A stretch of DNA of 64,000 nucleotides, taken from Lytechinus pictus (taxonomy: Eukaryota). The position numbers and the translations under genes were made by a program. Below are positions 51,801 through 63,865 of this stretch, in pieces (the stretch's first letter is position 1; the number at the start of each line of letters is the position of its first letter). Under the pieces are notes generated by a model, which made no database searches, was not told the origin of the DNA, and saw nothing but the letters and a program-made list of their open reading frames with translations. The stretch is from assembly GCF_037042905.1 (NCBI RefSeq), contig NC_087247.1, forward strand, positions 47,616,001 to 47,680,000, written 5' to 3'.

Positions 51801-54800
51801 AAACTTTCAAAGTTATGATGGCAATTCAACAATTACCCCAACATGGCCTAAGTTTATTGACCTTAACTGACCTTTGACCTTGGTTTTGTGACCTGAAACT
51901 CACAGGGGATGTTCAGTGATACTTGATTACTCTTATATCCCAAGTTTTATGAACTAGATCCATAAACTTTCAGAGTTAGGATGGTAATTCAACAAATACC
52001 CCCCAACACGGTCAAAGTTCATTGACCTTTAATGACCTTTGACCATGGTCATGTGACCTGAAACTCGTACAGGATGTTCAGTGATACTTGATTACTCTTA
52101 TGTCCAAGTTTTATGAACTAGATCCATAAACATTCAGAGTTAGGATGGTAATTCAACAATTACCCCCAACTTGGCCAAAGTTCATTGACCCTAAATGACC
52201 TTTGACCTTGGTCATGTGACCTGAAACTCAAGCAGGATGTTCACTAATACTTGATTAACCTTATGCCCAAGTTTCATGAACTAGGTCCATATACTTTCTA
52301 AGTTGTGATGTCATTTCAAAAACTTAACCTTAGGTTAAGATTTGATGTTGACGCCGCTGTCGGAAAAGCAAACCTATATAGTCCGGGGGCTGGGAGAGTT
52401 TATTCAGCTGATCGGGTACAAAAGGTTTGATGGTCCCATCATGTTGGCATGAAGGCAGTGATCAAGGAAAAGTGTTGCTGCCGGGCCATATCCTGTACGG
52501 AAGACCCTGATGGCCCCAAATAGGGGCCCCAAAAATGAGTTTATTCAGCTGAAAAGGTACATGGCTAATTCTTTTTGCAATGGACCGGTATACATTGAGA
52601 TTTTCAAAAATACCAATGCCAGCAACTTTATCCTGTATGGGGGCCCAGACAGTAGGCCAAAAGGGCCCCCAAAAATGGGTTTATTTAGCTGAAAAGGTAC
52701 ATGGCTAATTATTTTTGCAATGGACCGAGTATACATCGGGATTTCCCAAAATACCCATGCCAGCAACTTCATTCTGTACGGGGGCCCAGACAGTAGCCCC
52801 AAAGTGCCCTGTATATGTCCCACAACTAATTTATTAAGTTAAAAATGTACATGGATAATTCCTTTTGCAATGGAGGCAGTATACATTGGGATTTTCAAAA
52901 ATACCCATGCCAGCAATTTTATCCTGTACAGGGGCCCAGACAGTAGGCCCGAAGGGCCCCCGAAAATGGGTTTATTCAGCTGAAAAGGTACATGGCTATT
53001 TTTTTTTTCAATGGACCGAGTATATATTGGGATTTCCCAAAATACCCATGCCAGTAACTTTATCCTGTACGGGGGCCCAGACAGTAGCCCCAAAGGGCCC
53101 ATATATGTCCCACAGCTAATTTATTCAGCTGAAAATATACGTGGATGATTCCTTTTGAAATGGAGGCAGTATACAATGCGATTTAAAAAGAAAAACCCAT
53201 GCTAGCAACTTTATCCTGTATAGGGGCCCAGACAGTAGGCCCCAAGGGCCCCCGAAAATGGGGATATTCAACTGAATGAGGTACATGACTAATTCTTTTT
53301 AAAATAGAATCTGCATACTTTAAGGATCACAAAACTACCCATGCCAGCAACTTTACCCTGCCATGGGCAGCATTTTACCTGTGTGGGGTCCAAGACAGAA
53401 TTCATGCAGGGCCCATTAGAATTATCTATATATATATATATATATTTTTTTTTGGGGGGGGGATACAAAAGATCATGAAGGCCTCCACTGATAACAATTT
53501 AAGGGATGGGAGTGTTCAGGAATATCCACGCGGATTAAACAAAATAGTTTGAGGGGCCGACTACTGTGCAAAAACAATATGGCCCCTGAAATGATATTGT
53601 GGCTAATCTAGCTCCACGCCCTGAGCTTCTTTTTATTGGGATTGTCTGACATTACATAATGGCAACAGCCGCCTATTCTGATTTGCCTTCAACTACTTGT
53701 CAGTGCTTCCAGAATACTGTACATCGTGGCTTCCACAACTCAGGTGAGAAATGTTAATTGTACTCATAATTTTAGTCAAACCGATATGACTGATTAAACT
53801 ATCTGTTGAACATAATAATGATCAAGCATCATCCATTAGTTATCAACAATAAAAGTTTGTGCATATTTCATTAATGTCTATATACTTCATAATTAATCAA
53901 TCATTACTTGTTGCTCAAAACGACCAATTAAATGATACAGTAGATGATACCAGTTGATGTAATAAAAAGATTACAGCAAACGGAGAGTAGCACTTAGGGA
54001 TGACCTTGAAGGTGGCAGCAGGGCCGAATGCAAAAAAATGAAATGTTTTTTATTCCAATTTTCTCCAAACATTTATTGCATTAATTGTGGTATAATAGTC
54101 AACATGCATGCAAATTTTATGATCACAACTGCCCTCACTTGCCAGATACAATGTCCCGCCATGCGTGGATCCAGTGGGCCTTAAATGCCCCCCCTCCTCC
54201 CCTCAAAAGAGGGGGATAAAAAGGAGAATAGGGAAATGGGAATGGGACTGAGGGAGAAGAGAAAGAGAGAGCGGAAAGGATAGGAGGTGGAAAGGAGAGA
54301 AAATGGTGAAGGGTTGGGAAAGAAAGGGAGGAAATAGAAAAAAATGAAGGGAACAGGGGAGGGGAGAGAAAAAGAAGGGGAGGTAAGATAGAAAAATGAG
54401 AAGGGGAGAGAGATAGGGAGGGAAAGGTAAGGGGAAAAGAGAAAAGGAAGCAGGGAGAGAAAAGCAAGGGGAGGGTGAACACAAATGGAGGATAGGGTGA
54501 GAGAGGGAAGGGGAAGGGAAGAGAAAGAGGAAATATAAAAACTAATATAGATTGAGAAATAACAGAATAGAAGATAGAGAAGGGGAGAAAAATGATAACT
54601 GGATAAAGGAAAGTAATTGAGGAAACAAACTGATATAGAGGCGATCATATAAAAGGGGAAAAGGAAAGGATAATAAAGAGAAGAAATATATTTTTGTTTG
54701 ACAAAAGCCCTTGCCGTCTCATATAAAATAAAAAAAAAGAATAAAAGGGAATTGGAAAATATAGTTGGGTCTTGGAGGCTGAAGCAGCCTCGTCGCTTAA

Positions 54801-57800
54801 ATGGCGACGCACAGGATTATAAATTTTAGAAGTTTTAAAAATACATAAACTTGGAAATAGAAAGAAAAGTAACAAAATGAGAGAAAGGGGAGAATTGGCA
54901 AATACCACACCTTTCAGGTTAATAATTCAAAATAATATTTTATTTCGGCCTTTAACTATATATTATCACCCAAAGTAATAAATGTTAGTATTAGGCACAC
55001 GGCAATATACTCCCGTATCCATAGCCCTTGTTGTGATAATTACAAACCACTTGACAGATAATTACAAACCACCTTGCTTGGCTCGCCCACATACTAATAT
55101 TATACCGACTTCAGTTACTAAGAAAACTGTTATAATATAGGTATTTAAAAATCGTCATAGGCTTCAAGAGAAAGATGGTAATATTAGCTAGGTACACGCT
55201 TATAATATCCCTATTTTTGGTGTCCCCCAAAGTTTGAATTTTCATCTCAATATTTCTATGATCACCCACTGCTAGGCCGGATCTACGTCACTGTGGTATA
55301 TGAGAGGAAATAAGAAGGAAAAGAAGAGAGGGGAAGAGGGAGGGAAAAAAGGGAAAAGGTGAGGGGCTATGGGAAAAGGGAGCCGGAGAGGAAAGAAGTG
55401 AAGGGAAAAGAGGGGGGAAAAGAGAAAGGGAGAAGGGACATAAGGGGGAAGGGAATGGGACTGAGGGAGAAGAGAAAGAGAGCGGAAAGGACAGGAAGTG
55501 GAAACGAAAGAAAAAAGTAAAGGAGGAAGAAATGGAGGAAATAGAAAACGAAAAGAGATTAGAGGAGGGGAGAGAAAAGGAAGGGGGAAAAAAGAGAGAA
55601 AATGAGGAGGGGAATATAGATGGTAGAGAGAGTGAAGGGGACAAAGAGAAAGAATGAGAAAGAAAGAACGAAGAGGGGAGAGAAAAGGAATGGGGAAGAG
55701 AAAAACGAGAAATGAGAGAGAGATCCGGAGAGAAAAGGAAGGAAGCTGAGACTAAAGAAAAGGGAGAGTGAACAAAATAGAGGAGATAAGGAAAGGGGAG
55801 GGAAGTGTGAGAGGAAATATAAAAACTAAGAGAGATAGAGGAAGGACAGCATAAAAGATTAATGAGAAAAAGGATATCTGGATTAAGGAAAGTGATTGAG
55901 GAAACAGAAGGATACAGAGACGATAATAATAATAGGGAAAAGAGAAAGGAATAATATTAAATGGAAGAAATGAATTTTTTAAACAAAAGCCCTTGCCGTC
56001 TCGTACAAAATAAAAAAAAATGAAAAGGGAAATATATGGGAAGATGTAGTTGGATTTTGGAAGCTGAGGAAGCCTCGTACCTTTGATGGCGACATAAAAG
56101 ATTATGAGGGATAAAATAGGAAAATAACAAGAAAGGAGGAAGAAGAAATGCATAGAAGTGGAAATGGAAAGAAAAATAACCAAAATGAGAGGAAGAGAGG
56201 TCCTCTCTTCCTTGGCAAATATCACACCTTTCAGGTTAATAAATCAAAATACAATTCTACTATATTCGGGCCTTTAACTGTAATCACCAAAAGGGATAGA
56301 TGTTAGCATTAGGCACACGGCAATATACTCCCATATCCATAGCCCTTGTGATAATTACAAACCACTTGACAGAGGTTTTTGGGGACACGCCATTCTGCGC
56401 GCTCGCTGATGCTACTGTCATTATATCAGTTCAAGAAAGATTATGCATGTTTCAATCTATTTTGTAAGCCCTCACTTATAATGTAATTATGTAAATAGGC
56501 CTAACTACCCCTCTATGTCTTCAGCCCAGTAAATCAAGTGTAGGCATTTCCGCCAGTTCCAAGCATATATTCGTTATCCCAAATTGAAACTATAGGCCTA
56601 TATATTGCACACTGGGCCCCTTTTAGGCATATATTACTGGAAATGAAGACCAAGGTATACTGATTACATTACAAAATTAATTATCCATGTATACTTATTA
56701 TCCTTGGGGCTTTTGGGGTCGACTGCATGTCTGGTCCTCATACATAATAAACTTGATGGCATTGGTATTTTTAGAAACCTTAGCTAAGTGCATACAAATT
56801 CCATCCAAAAAAATTATATCCATGCATCACTTCTGCCAAACAAATTAGTTGTTAGACATCTGTTCCCTTTTTGGCTGCTATCTGGGCCCCCATACATGGT
56901 AAATCAGCTGGAATTGACATTTATATAACCCCAAAGTATATGCAAGTTCCATTGCAAAAACAATCACCCATGTCTGTCTTCAGCCTAAAATACACTTTTT
57001 GGGGAGGGGCACAATTGGGCTACTGTCTGGGCCCCCGTGCAGAATGAAGTTGCTGGCATGGGTATTTTTGAAAATCCCATTGTATGCTGCCTCCATTTCA
57101 AAAGGAATTATCCGTGTACATTTTTAGCTGAATAAATTAGTTGTGGGGCATATGGGCACTTTGGGGCTACTGTCTGGGCCCCCATACAAGGTAAATTTGC
57201 TGGCATGGGTAGTTTTGTGAGCCTTAAAGTATGCAGATTCAATTTTAAACAGAATTAGCCATGTACCTTTTCAGCTAAATAACCCCATTTTCGGGGGCCC
57301 TTCGGGCCTTCTGTCTGGGCCCCTATACAGGATAAAGTTGCTGGCAAGAGTTTTCTTTTTAAATCGCATTGTATACTGCCTCCATTGCAAAAGGAATCAT
57401 CCACGTACATTTTCAGCTGAATACATTAGTTGTGGGACATATATGGGCCCTTTGGGGCTACTGTCTGGGCCCCTGTACAGGATAAAGTTGCTGGCATGGG
57501 AATTTTGGGAAATCCCAATATATACTCGGTCCATTGAAAAAAAAATTAGCCATGTACCTTTTCAGCTGAATAAACCCATTTTCGGGGGGCCCTTCGGGCC
57601 TACTGTCTGGGCCCCTGTACAGGATAAAATTGCTGGCATGGGTATTTTTGAAAATCCCAATGTATACTGCCTCCATTGCAAAAGGAATTATCCATGTACA
57701 TTTATAGCTTAATAAATTAGTTGTGGGACATATACAGGATATATGGGCACTTTGGGGTTACTGTCTGGGCCCCCGTACAGGATAAAGTTGCTGGCATGGG

Positions 57801-60800
57801 TATTTTGGGAAATCCCGATGTATACTCGGTCCATTGCAAAAATAATTAGCCATGTACCTTTTCAGCTGAATAAACCCATTTTCGGGGGCCCTTTGGGCCT
57901 ACTGTCTGGGCCCCTGTACAGGATAAAATTGCTGGCATGGGTATTTTTGAAAATCCCAATGTATACTGCCTCCATTGCAAAAGGAATTATCCATGTACAT
58001 TTATAGCTTAATAAATTAGTTGTGGGACATATATGGGCCCTTTGGGGCTACTGTCTGGGCCCCTGTACAGAATAAAGTTGCTGGCATGGGAATTTTGGGA
58101 AATCCCAATATATACTCGGTCCATTGAAAAAAAAATTAGCCATGTACCTTTTCAGCTGAATAAACCCATTTTCGGGGGGCCCTTCGGGCCTACTGTCTGG
58201 GCCCCTGTACAGGATAAAATTGCTGGCATGGGTATTTTTGAAAATCCCAATGTATACTGCCTCCATTGCAAAAGGAATTATCCATGTACATTTATAGCTT
58301 AATAAATTAGTTGTGGGACATATACAGGATATATGGGCACTTTGGGGTTACTGTCTGGGCCCCCGTACAGGATAAAGTTGCTGGCATGGGTATTTTGGGA
58401 AATCCCGATGTATACTCGGTCCATTGCAAAAATAATTAGCCATGTACCTTTTCAGCTGAATAAACCCATTTTCGGGGGCCCTTTGGGCCTACTGTCTGGG
58501 CCCCCGTACAGGATAAAGTTGCTGGCATGGGTATTTTTGAAAATCTCAATGTATACTCGGTCCATTGCAAAAAGAATTAGCCATGTACCTTTTCAGCTGA
58601 ATAAACTCATTTTTGGGGCCCCTATTTGGGGCCATCAGGGTCTTCTGTACAGGATATGGCCCGGCAGCAACACTTTTCCTTGATCACTGCCTTCATGCCA
58701 ACATGATGGGACCATCAAACCTTTTGTACCCGATCAGCTGAATAAACTCTCCCAGCCCCCGGACTAATAGTCTCACTCAGCTATGCAGGCGAGACAAAAA
58801 TGTTCCAAAAAGGACTTCAATTACTATGTCACAGGGTTGTGAAAAATCATCTTGGAAATTATAAAGCCGTAGTATACCTATGTATATGACAGGGCACACC
58901 AGCAACGGTTACTTCAGGTGTGTTACCAGCATGAAGGCCCTGACCAAATAGAGTTATTGTAGTCTTTCCAAACATCGGTCCAATCAGAGGGCTGAAGTGG
59001 CTGAAAACTGGCTCCTGGAAAGATAATATCAATTCACATGAAAGTCATCTTGATCATCGCTGTCAAGCACCATAAACAAATATCATGATCATAATCATCA
59101 CTACCACAACTACTTTCAGCATACTTATCAAAATCAATACAAACATCCCCCACCACCATCATGAGACTTGTTTACCATAGCCAAAACCTTGCCCATACCA
59201 ACCCTAAATTCTTTAATCTAAAGACTCTGAAAATGCCTGATATACTGGTAAATGTATACCAATGTGCAATATTTATGAATTTATGTATCCATAAATAATA
59301 ACCAACTTCTATTGCTTCATAATTCCTACTGAACAGAAATATTCATGATATGCATTGCCACAATTTTCACTTTCCTTTAGCAAAAACTTCAACCTACCAA
59401 AATACATTTTTTTAAATAAAGGTCTTAAAGGTCCTTTAATTTGGAATGGATTACCAATTACAATAAGACAGAGTCCATGCTTAATAGTTTTGAAAGAAAA
59501 ATGAAATCTTATCTATTACAAAAGTACCTCTTAATGTAACAGTTTGAAATTTTAAATAAAAATGTATGTGTGTGTATGCTTTAAATGTACTATTTTTAAA
59601 AATTAATTTTACTTTGCTACTTTTAATCAACAATTATTTTTTTTTAATTTACTGAACTTTATTGAGATTGGCTTTTAACACAAGGCTCTGCCTTTCTGCC
59701 TCTCCCAATACTTTAACTTCTACATTTGTTTTAGTTGTTTTGTATGTTTTCTTTATCCCTATGTTTAAACTCCTTTATATGTGTGTAATATCTATATTGT
59801 TATATGATTTTAATGACAGTATTGAATAAATGAAATGATGATGATGATCATCATCATTCATCATCATCATCATAGCCAATCAGCACCGTCATCACTAACT
59901 ACAATCACTGATCATTACCACCACCATCACCCCCCCCCCAACTACCATCCCCGCTACCATCACTATAATCAACATCACCACCACAACATAATAACCACAA
60001 CCATCATCATACTCATGATCACAATCTCTATCACCTTTGAAAGTAAATAGTGATAGTACCTACCACATATGAGAAGATGTATTGAGGTTCAGATGATACA
60101 AATCCTCCAATAGCAAATGTGAGGCTCGGATCATCAACTTCTACTTCAACAGTCACTGGGCCTGATACTGGCTTTTCAACAGAGGGAGTTACACAAATAA
60201 TGCTATGAGAGAAAAATGACAACACACAAACCATCGATCCAATCATGCTCTCAATTATATCTGTCATATATTAGCATGAAATCGATCATCAAAAGGGAAT
60301 GATTTTTTCTTTGAAATAAAGTTACATGTACAGTTAAATTAAACAATATATTTAACAATTTGTTGTGAACTAGACTGAAGGGTAAAAAATTGTGCAACAA
60401 CAGCTTGAACTGTATAAACTTCATCAAGATATGACTTTGAAACTCAATCACTATTCAAAATTTAATAGATAACTCAGCAATGTAATATAGAAAATAAGGG
60501 CTATGTAATTATCATTCTATTCAACCATTGAAGTTTTGCATTAAACAATATTCAGGAAGCACAGTATATATACAATGCTCTTTGGGAAAATGATGAAAAC
60601 AAATTCAGAAGGCCCCAATAAGGGAAGGGAATAGGATGAAGAGGAAGATGTAGAAAAGGTAAACTGAAATGAGGACGAGAGAGGGGGGGGGGGGGTGTGG
60701 AGACGAGGTGGGAAATGGGGTGGAGGGGGTGTGGAGACGAGGTGGGAAATGGGGTGGAGGAGGGGAAGGGGGTAGAATGGGGAGGAGGGCTGGGGAAGGA

Positions 60801-62572
60801 GGAGGGGTAGAAGCTTAGGGGAAAAGGAACTAGAGGAGGAAGAGGAGGAGGAGAAGGAGGATGGGAATGAGGAGGAGGAGGAGAAGAAGTAGGGGAAGGA
60901 GAGGTATAGCATTGGAAAATAAGGTGTACAATAAAATGAGACCAGAAATTACCACAATCAAGGTCCTTGAAACACAAAACAAAGTCTGTTTCCTTTTTTG
61001 TTTGTTTAAAGAGAACCCCAGTAAGTTTGTAATTTTTAAGGGTCAGGTGATCTCTCGTGAAGTCTATCTCCTCCATGAGTGATGTGCTCTATGAAAATCT
61101 TCACAGGAGAATTAATCTTAACCAAGGGAGTTGTGCTGCAACTACTTTTAGACAATGATCTTTACTGTCACAAAATATCAAGAACTCACTGCGAAATATT
61201 GCTTGAATTCATATCCACATGACATGGTTGTCCTGCTACAATCACTTCCAGGGTTGAGTTAGCACTCACTGCAGCATCAGCCACAAGACTATCACCAATG
61301 ATATTTACAGATGTGTTCCCTTGGAGAGGACCAAACACTGGAGAAATCTTCAAAGTAGGGCAAATAAATAGGCAAGCCATACTAACTGACCAATAAAGAA
61401 AAGTCATTCATACCAAAGATACATGAAATACTGGTGATCTGTAAAGCACATCTAAAAACAACAAAAAATGGGATAATATCCCCTTTCATTGAAGCAGTAA
61501 ATTATACAGATCAACTCCAAAAAAAATCCTTAAACAATGATTATTCTGTATATTCCTTTATTTTCTTTATCGCATCTATACTGGTTGTTAAATTGTGTAG
61601 TTTGATTTTCCTTTTAACAATGTGATATAATTCATAAATGATAATGGAGAAGATACTAAATGCTTGGTATGGTTATATCTAAAACCACATCAGAATCCTT
61701 TTGAAAATAGTAATTTAAATTAATTTTATCATTCAATTCAAACTATTTTACAGTGAATGCGCTTTATCCATTAATTAGCTTTTCCAAATTCAGGTTAGAA
61801 TCATCAAGCAAACACTAGCTACAATTTTTTTTCTTGTTCGACATTAGTGCCTACCTCAAAAATAGCCGGGGCACAAGCATCTGTCACCCAGTCAGGACCA
61901 TCCTCAGAATCAACTTCAGTATCTGGTAATTCACCAGATGGACCATCAGCACCATCGCATTCATCCTCCGTGGTACACACTCCACCACACCATCCACATC
62001 CATTAGGGTCACGAGAGGTCACACAGGTTGAACAGTGGATGTAGTGCTCACATGTCTTCATAGCTATCTTGTAAACCTAATTAGGAATACAAAGAGCATC
62101 TTTTTTGTTTGTTTTAACAACATTTATTTCCATTCAATTGAATGCTGACATGTATACATGTTAACCAAGCAATCATGTAATCTATGTTTCAAAAAGGCCT
62201 TAGTTTTTCATGTTTATATTACATCAAATCTCCAAGCATGCGACAAACAAATTGATTGTACTGATAATAATAGATTACATAGAAAATTAAGCCCCCCCCC
62301 CAAAAAAAAAAACAGCACTGTATTTTTGTTACAACTTCATACAAATCTGTTTGTTACAGAGAAAACAATTGAGTGCTTTTTTATTGTACATATATGAGAT
62401 TTGAAGCATCTTCACTTACTTTGTATGGAGTCATAACAAAAATATGATCCTGGTTTGAATCCAGAATCATATCATGCAGAACAGGTCCTTCTGTATCCAG
62501 TGCAATATCCTTATAAGGTCTCAGAGGATAGTCTCTTCTCACATAGTCAATGGACAGAGGTTCCACTATAAA
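42716..62572 (-). CDS. MET: MET/RON (hepatocyte growth factor receptor)-like receptor tyrosine kinase, 5'-partial; 15 exons, ~932 aa visible (end of Sema, PSI, 4 IPT, TM, kinase)
   Basis: [23 protein letters not shown] and [24 protein letters not shown] are MET-family motifs. PSI+IPT ectodomain. All exon phases join to TAG at 42716. The symbol denotes the family; orthology versus MST1R is not resolved. Confidence 0.92.
43767..43903 (-). CDS. MET: MET-like exon (kinase IX-X)
   Basis: [19 protein letters not shown]...[12 protein letters not shown]. Not in the ORF track. Confidence 0.96.
44010..44255 (+). mobile_element. tRNA-derived SINE (third family)
   Basis: A-box TGGCTCAGTTGG and B-box GGTTCAAACC, then gtcagaccaaagac core and (tttca)n tail. 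Confidence 0.75.
44492..44764 (-). CDS. MET: MET-like exon (catalytic and activation loops)
   Basis: [38 protein letters not shown]. Confidence 0.97.
45624..45883 (-). CDS. MET: MET-like exon (kinase I-V)
   Basis: HFGCVFAG...VAVKSL...[21 protein letters not shown]...LPFMKNGD. Confidence 0.96.
46283..46435 (-). CDS. MET: MET-like exon (juxtamembrane to kinase subdomain I)
   Basis: [24 protein letters not shown]; phase 1/1. Confidence 0.92.
47215..47488 (-). CDS. MET: MET-like exon (transmembrane helix and juxtamembrane)
   Basis: [23 protein letters not shown] followed by the RRYKKSKR stop-transfer; donor A|gtaagt. Confidence 0.92.
47994..48152 (-). CDS. MET: MET-like exon (IPT4)
   Basis: GEYLDL...[25 protein letters not shown]. 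Confidence 0.9.
48721..49017 (-). CDS. MET: MET-like exon (IPT3 C-half / IPT4 start)
   Basis: LTCTTPDL...YYPDPIL...VIIH|gtgagt. Confidence 0.9.
49567..49675 (-). CDS. MET: MET-like exon (IPT3)
   Basis: [23 protein letters not shown]; ag/gt boundaries, phase 2/0. Confidence 0.85.
49975..50389. mobile_element. Kolobok-type family A copy 6, internally deleted
   Basis: gtcaagtccacccc ... ggggtggacttgtcct|ttaa; central ~200 bp missing. Confidence 0.8.
51352..51516 (-). CDS. MET: MET-like exon (IPT2 C-half / IPT3 start)
   Basis: [10 protein letters not shown]...GPVVLKLD...[19 protein letters not shown]; phase 2/2. Confidence 0.9.
52379..58766. mobile_element. 6.4-kb non-autonomous foldback DNA transposon, probably Academ superfamily
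   Basis: Near-perfect long TIRs starting TAGTCCGGGGGCTGGGAGAG; 3-bp TSD ATA; arms made of ~146-bp tandem units; no transposase ORF. The superfamily is inferred from TAG..CTA ends and the 3-bp TSD. Confidence 0.85.
54160..56372. repeat. Diverged direct duplication of a purine-rich ~1-kb unit inside the foldback element
   Basis: Shared blocks at 54238/55451, 54703/55985, 54895/56212 and 54991/56309. Confidence 0.8.
58878..59014 (-). CDS. MET: MET-like exon (IPT2 N-half)
   Basis: [42 protein letters not shown]; ag/gt boundaries. Not in the ORF track. Confidence 0.9.
59160..59835 (+). mobile_element. Degenerate L2/Crack-like LINE 3' fragment
   Basis: [14 protein letters not shown]...NIH...IWNGLP..IRQS..FERKMK.YL remnants, 3' UTR ending aataaatgaaatg. 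Confidence 0.6.
59835..60030. repeat. (CAT/CAC)n trinucleotide low-complexity tract
   Basis: Direct reading. Confidence 0.8.
60064..60202 (-). CDS. MET: MET-like exon (IPT1 C-half)
   Basis: IICVTP...SGPVTVEV...FSYV; phases match neighbours. Confidence 0.9.
60620..60905. repeat. G/A-rich low-complexity tract with (GGA)n and G-runs
   Basis: Direct reading; includes a duplicated gggggtgtggagacgaggtgggaaatggggtggag. Confidence 0.8.
61190..61347 (-). CDS. MET: MET-like exon (IPT1 N-half)
   Basis: [18 protein letters not shown]...VAGQPC; donor CA|gtgagt. Confidence 0.9.
61855..62076 (-). CDS. MET: MET-like exon (PSI domain)
   Basis: [32 protein letters not shown]...W...CAP; ag/gt boundaries. 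Confidence 0.92.
62420..62572 (-). CDS. MET: MET-like exon (end of Sema domain)
   Basis: tgtag|TTT ATA GTG; ...[21 protein letters not shown]|gtaagt. The acceptor could alternatively be 7 nt inside. Confidence 0.82.
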
Positions 62573-62619
62573 CTACAATCAAATTAAATTAAATTTAAGA
62601 TCATTTTGGGGGTAATGCA

Positions 62620-63865
62620 AATTTCCAATTGAATACCCATTGAATATTCTAATTTAATACCAATTAAATACCAATTGGCAATTGGTTTAAATTTGGAGTA
62701 CATGGAAAGTGAAACAATGAATAAACATTGAAACCAATCGACTATTGGTCCCAATTGGAACCAATTGGTTTCGACTGGAAATAAAGCTAATTGTTCTCAA
62801 TTGGTCTGGCCCAATTGGTTGGACACCAATTGAAACCAATTGCAGTAAATTGGTTTAAATTGGAAGTAAATGGAACTTTACACACAAGTAAACTTAGTAG
62901 AACAATATTATCTCAGGAAATGAGGAAATTCCACCAATATCTGCTCATGCTACTGCAGAAGCATACTGTCTGTCTGCATTTATATCAGTGTAAAGGGCAG
63001 AAGTATTGTGTAAACTTTTATTCCATCTATAGAAGAGCAGTTGCTTAAAGCATGTACATGTATCTTATTTGGTATGGTTTGGTTATGGTTAGTGTTCTAC
63101 TAGTAAACTTTTAATCTATTGCAATTGAGCTGTTTATCATTTATGGGTATTTCATTGCTTGTTACTCATTCTTTACTTGTTTCTTAAACTAATGTATCAC
63201 TGGAAAATGATTAAAAAAGTACATTGCAAAAACAATAAAATTGTATTTATGCAAATATTATACAAATAAGCTAATCACATGATCCCAATTGAATACCAAT
63301 TGAAACCAATTGGTTAGTTGTCCCAACCAAATTGGCTATTGTACCCAACTAAATCCAATTCGGGGACCAAGTGGCTAAGTGGGTCCAATCAAAACGAGTC
63401 AGAAACCAAATGGGCATTTGCAGGGTCCCATTATAATTCCATTGGGTACCGATTGAAGTCCCATTGAAGACACATTGGGACCAATTGGCCCCATTAAACT
63501 TCAATTGGTCCCCATAATTCTAATGGGGCCAGTTTGCTCAATTGAGACCAATTGACCCTACAATAGGGACTCGACTGGTATCTAATTTGGACCCATTGGA
63601 CCTACTGAAACCCATTGATACTAACTGAATCCAAATTGAAACCAATTGAAACCAATTGAAAATTCAATGGGTATTGGTCCTCAATTGGTCCCATTGAATT
63701 CTAATGGGGCTAGTTGGCCCAATTGAGACCAATTGACCCTACAGAGGACCTCAACTGGTATCTTATTTGGACCCATTGAAACCCCCTGATACCAATTGAA
63801 TCCAAATTGAAACCAATTGAAAATTTACAGTGTTCAATGGTTTTCAATTGGAATTTTGTCCTGGG
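62620..63865. mobile_element. EnSpm/CMC-like non-autonomous element rich in CCAATTG subterminal repeats
   Basis: Right terminus CTGGG (CCCAG on -). Its subterminal sequence is mirrored at 62620-62646. Dozens of ccaattg/cccattg motifs, and an internal duplication 63510-63660/63690-63825. Confidence 0.55.

Larger units (their letters stand above)
51690..58800. mobile_element. Helentron-type element with ~164-bp tandem array (51690-52378), its terminus displaced to 58767-58800 by a 6.4-kb insertion
   Basis: tgacctttgacc-containing repeats at ~51851, 52016 and 52179. Terminal hairpin gtctc...gcaggcgagacaaaaa, as at 38567. Confidence 0.75.

Noticed and set aside
54135-56225. F/S/L/P-rich minus-strand ORFs, also 60541-61082
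   Set aside because: Artefacts of pyrimidine/purine low-complexity tracts.
52520-58625. Regularly spaced repeats as a CRISPR-like array
   Set aside because: Whole units are repeated with no unique spacers, there are no cas genes, and the context is a eukaryotic intron.
52510-58683. Repeated ORFs such as [19 protein letters not shown]
   Set aside because: They are translations of the ~146-bp TIR units on both strands, frameshifting between copies, with no domain signature.
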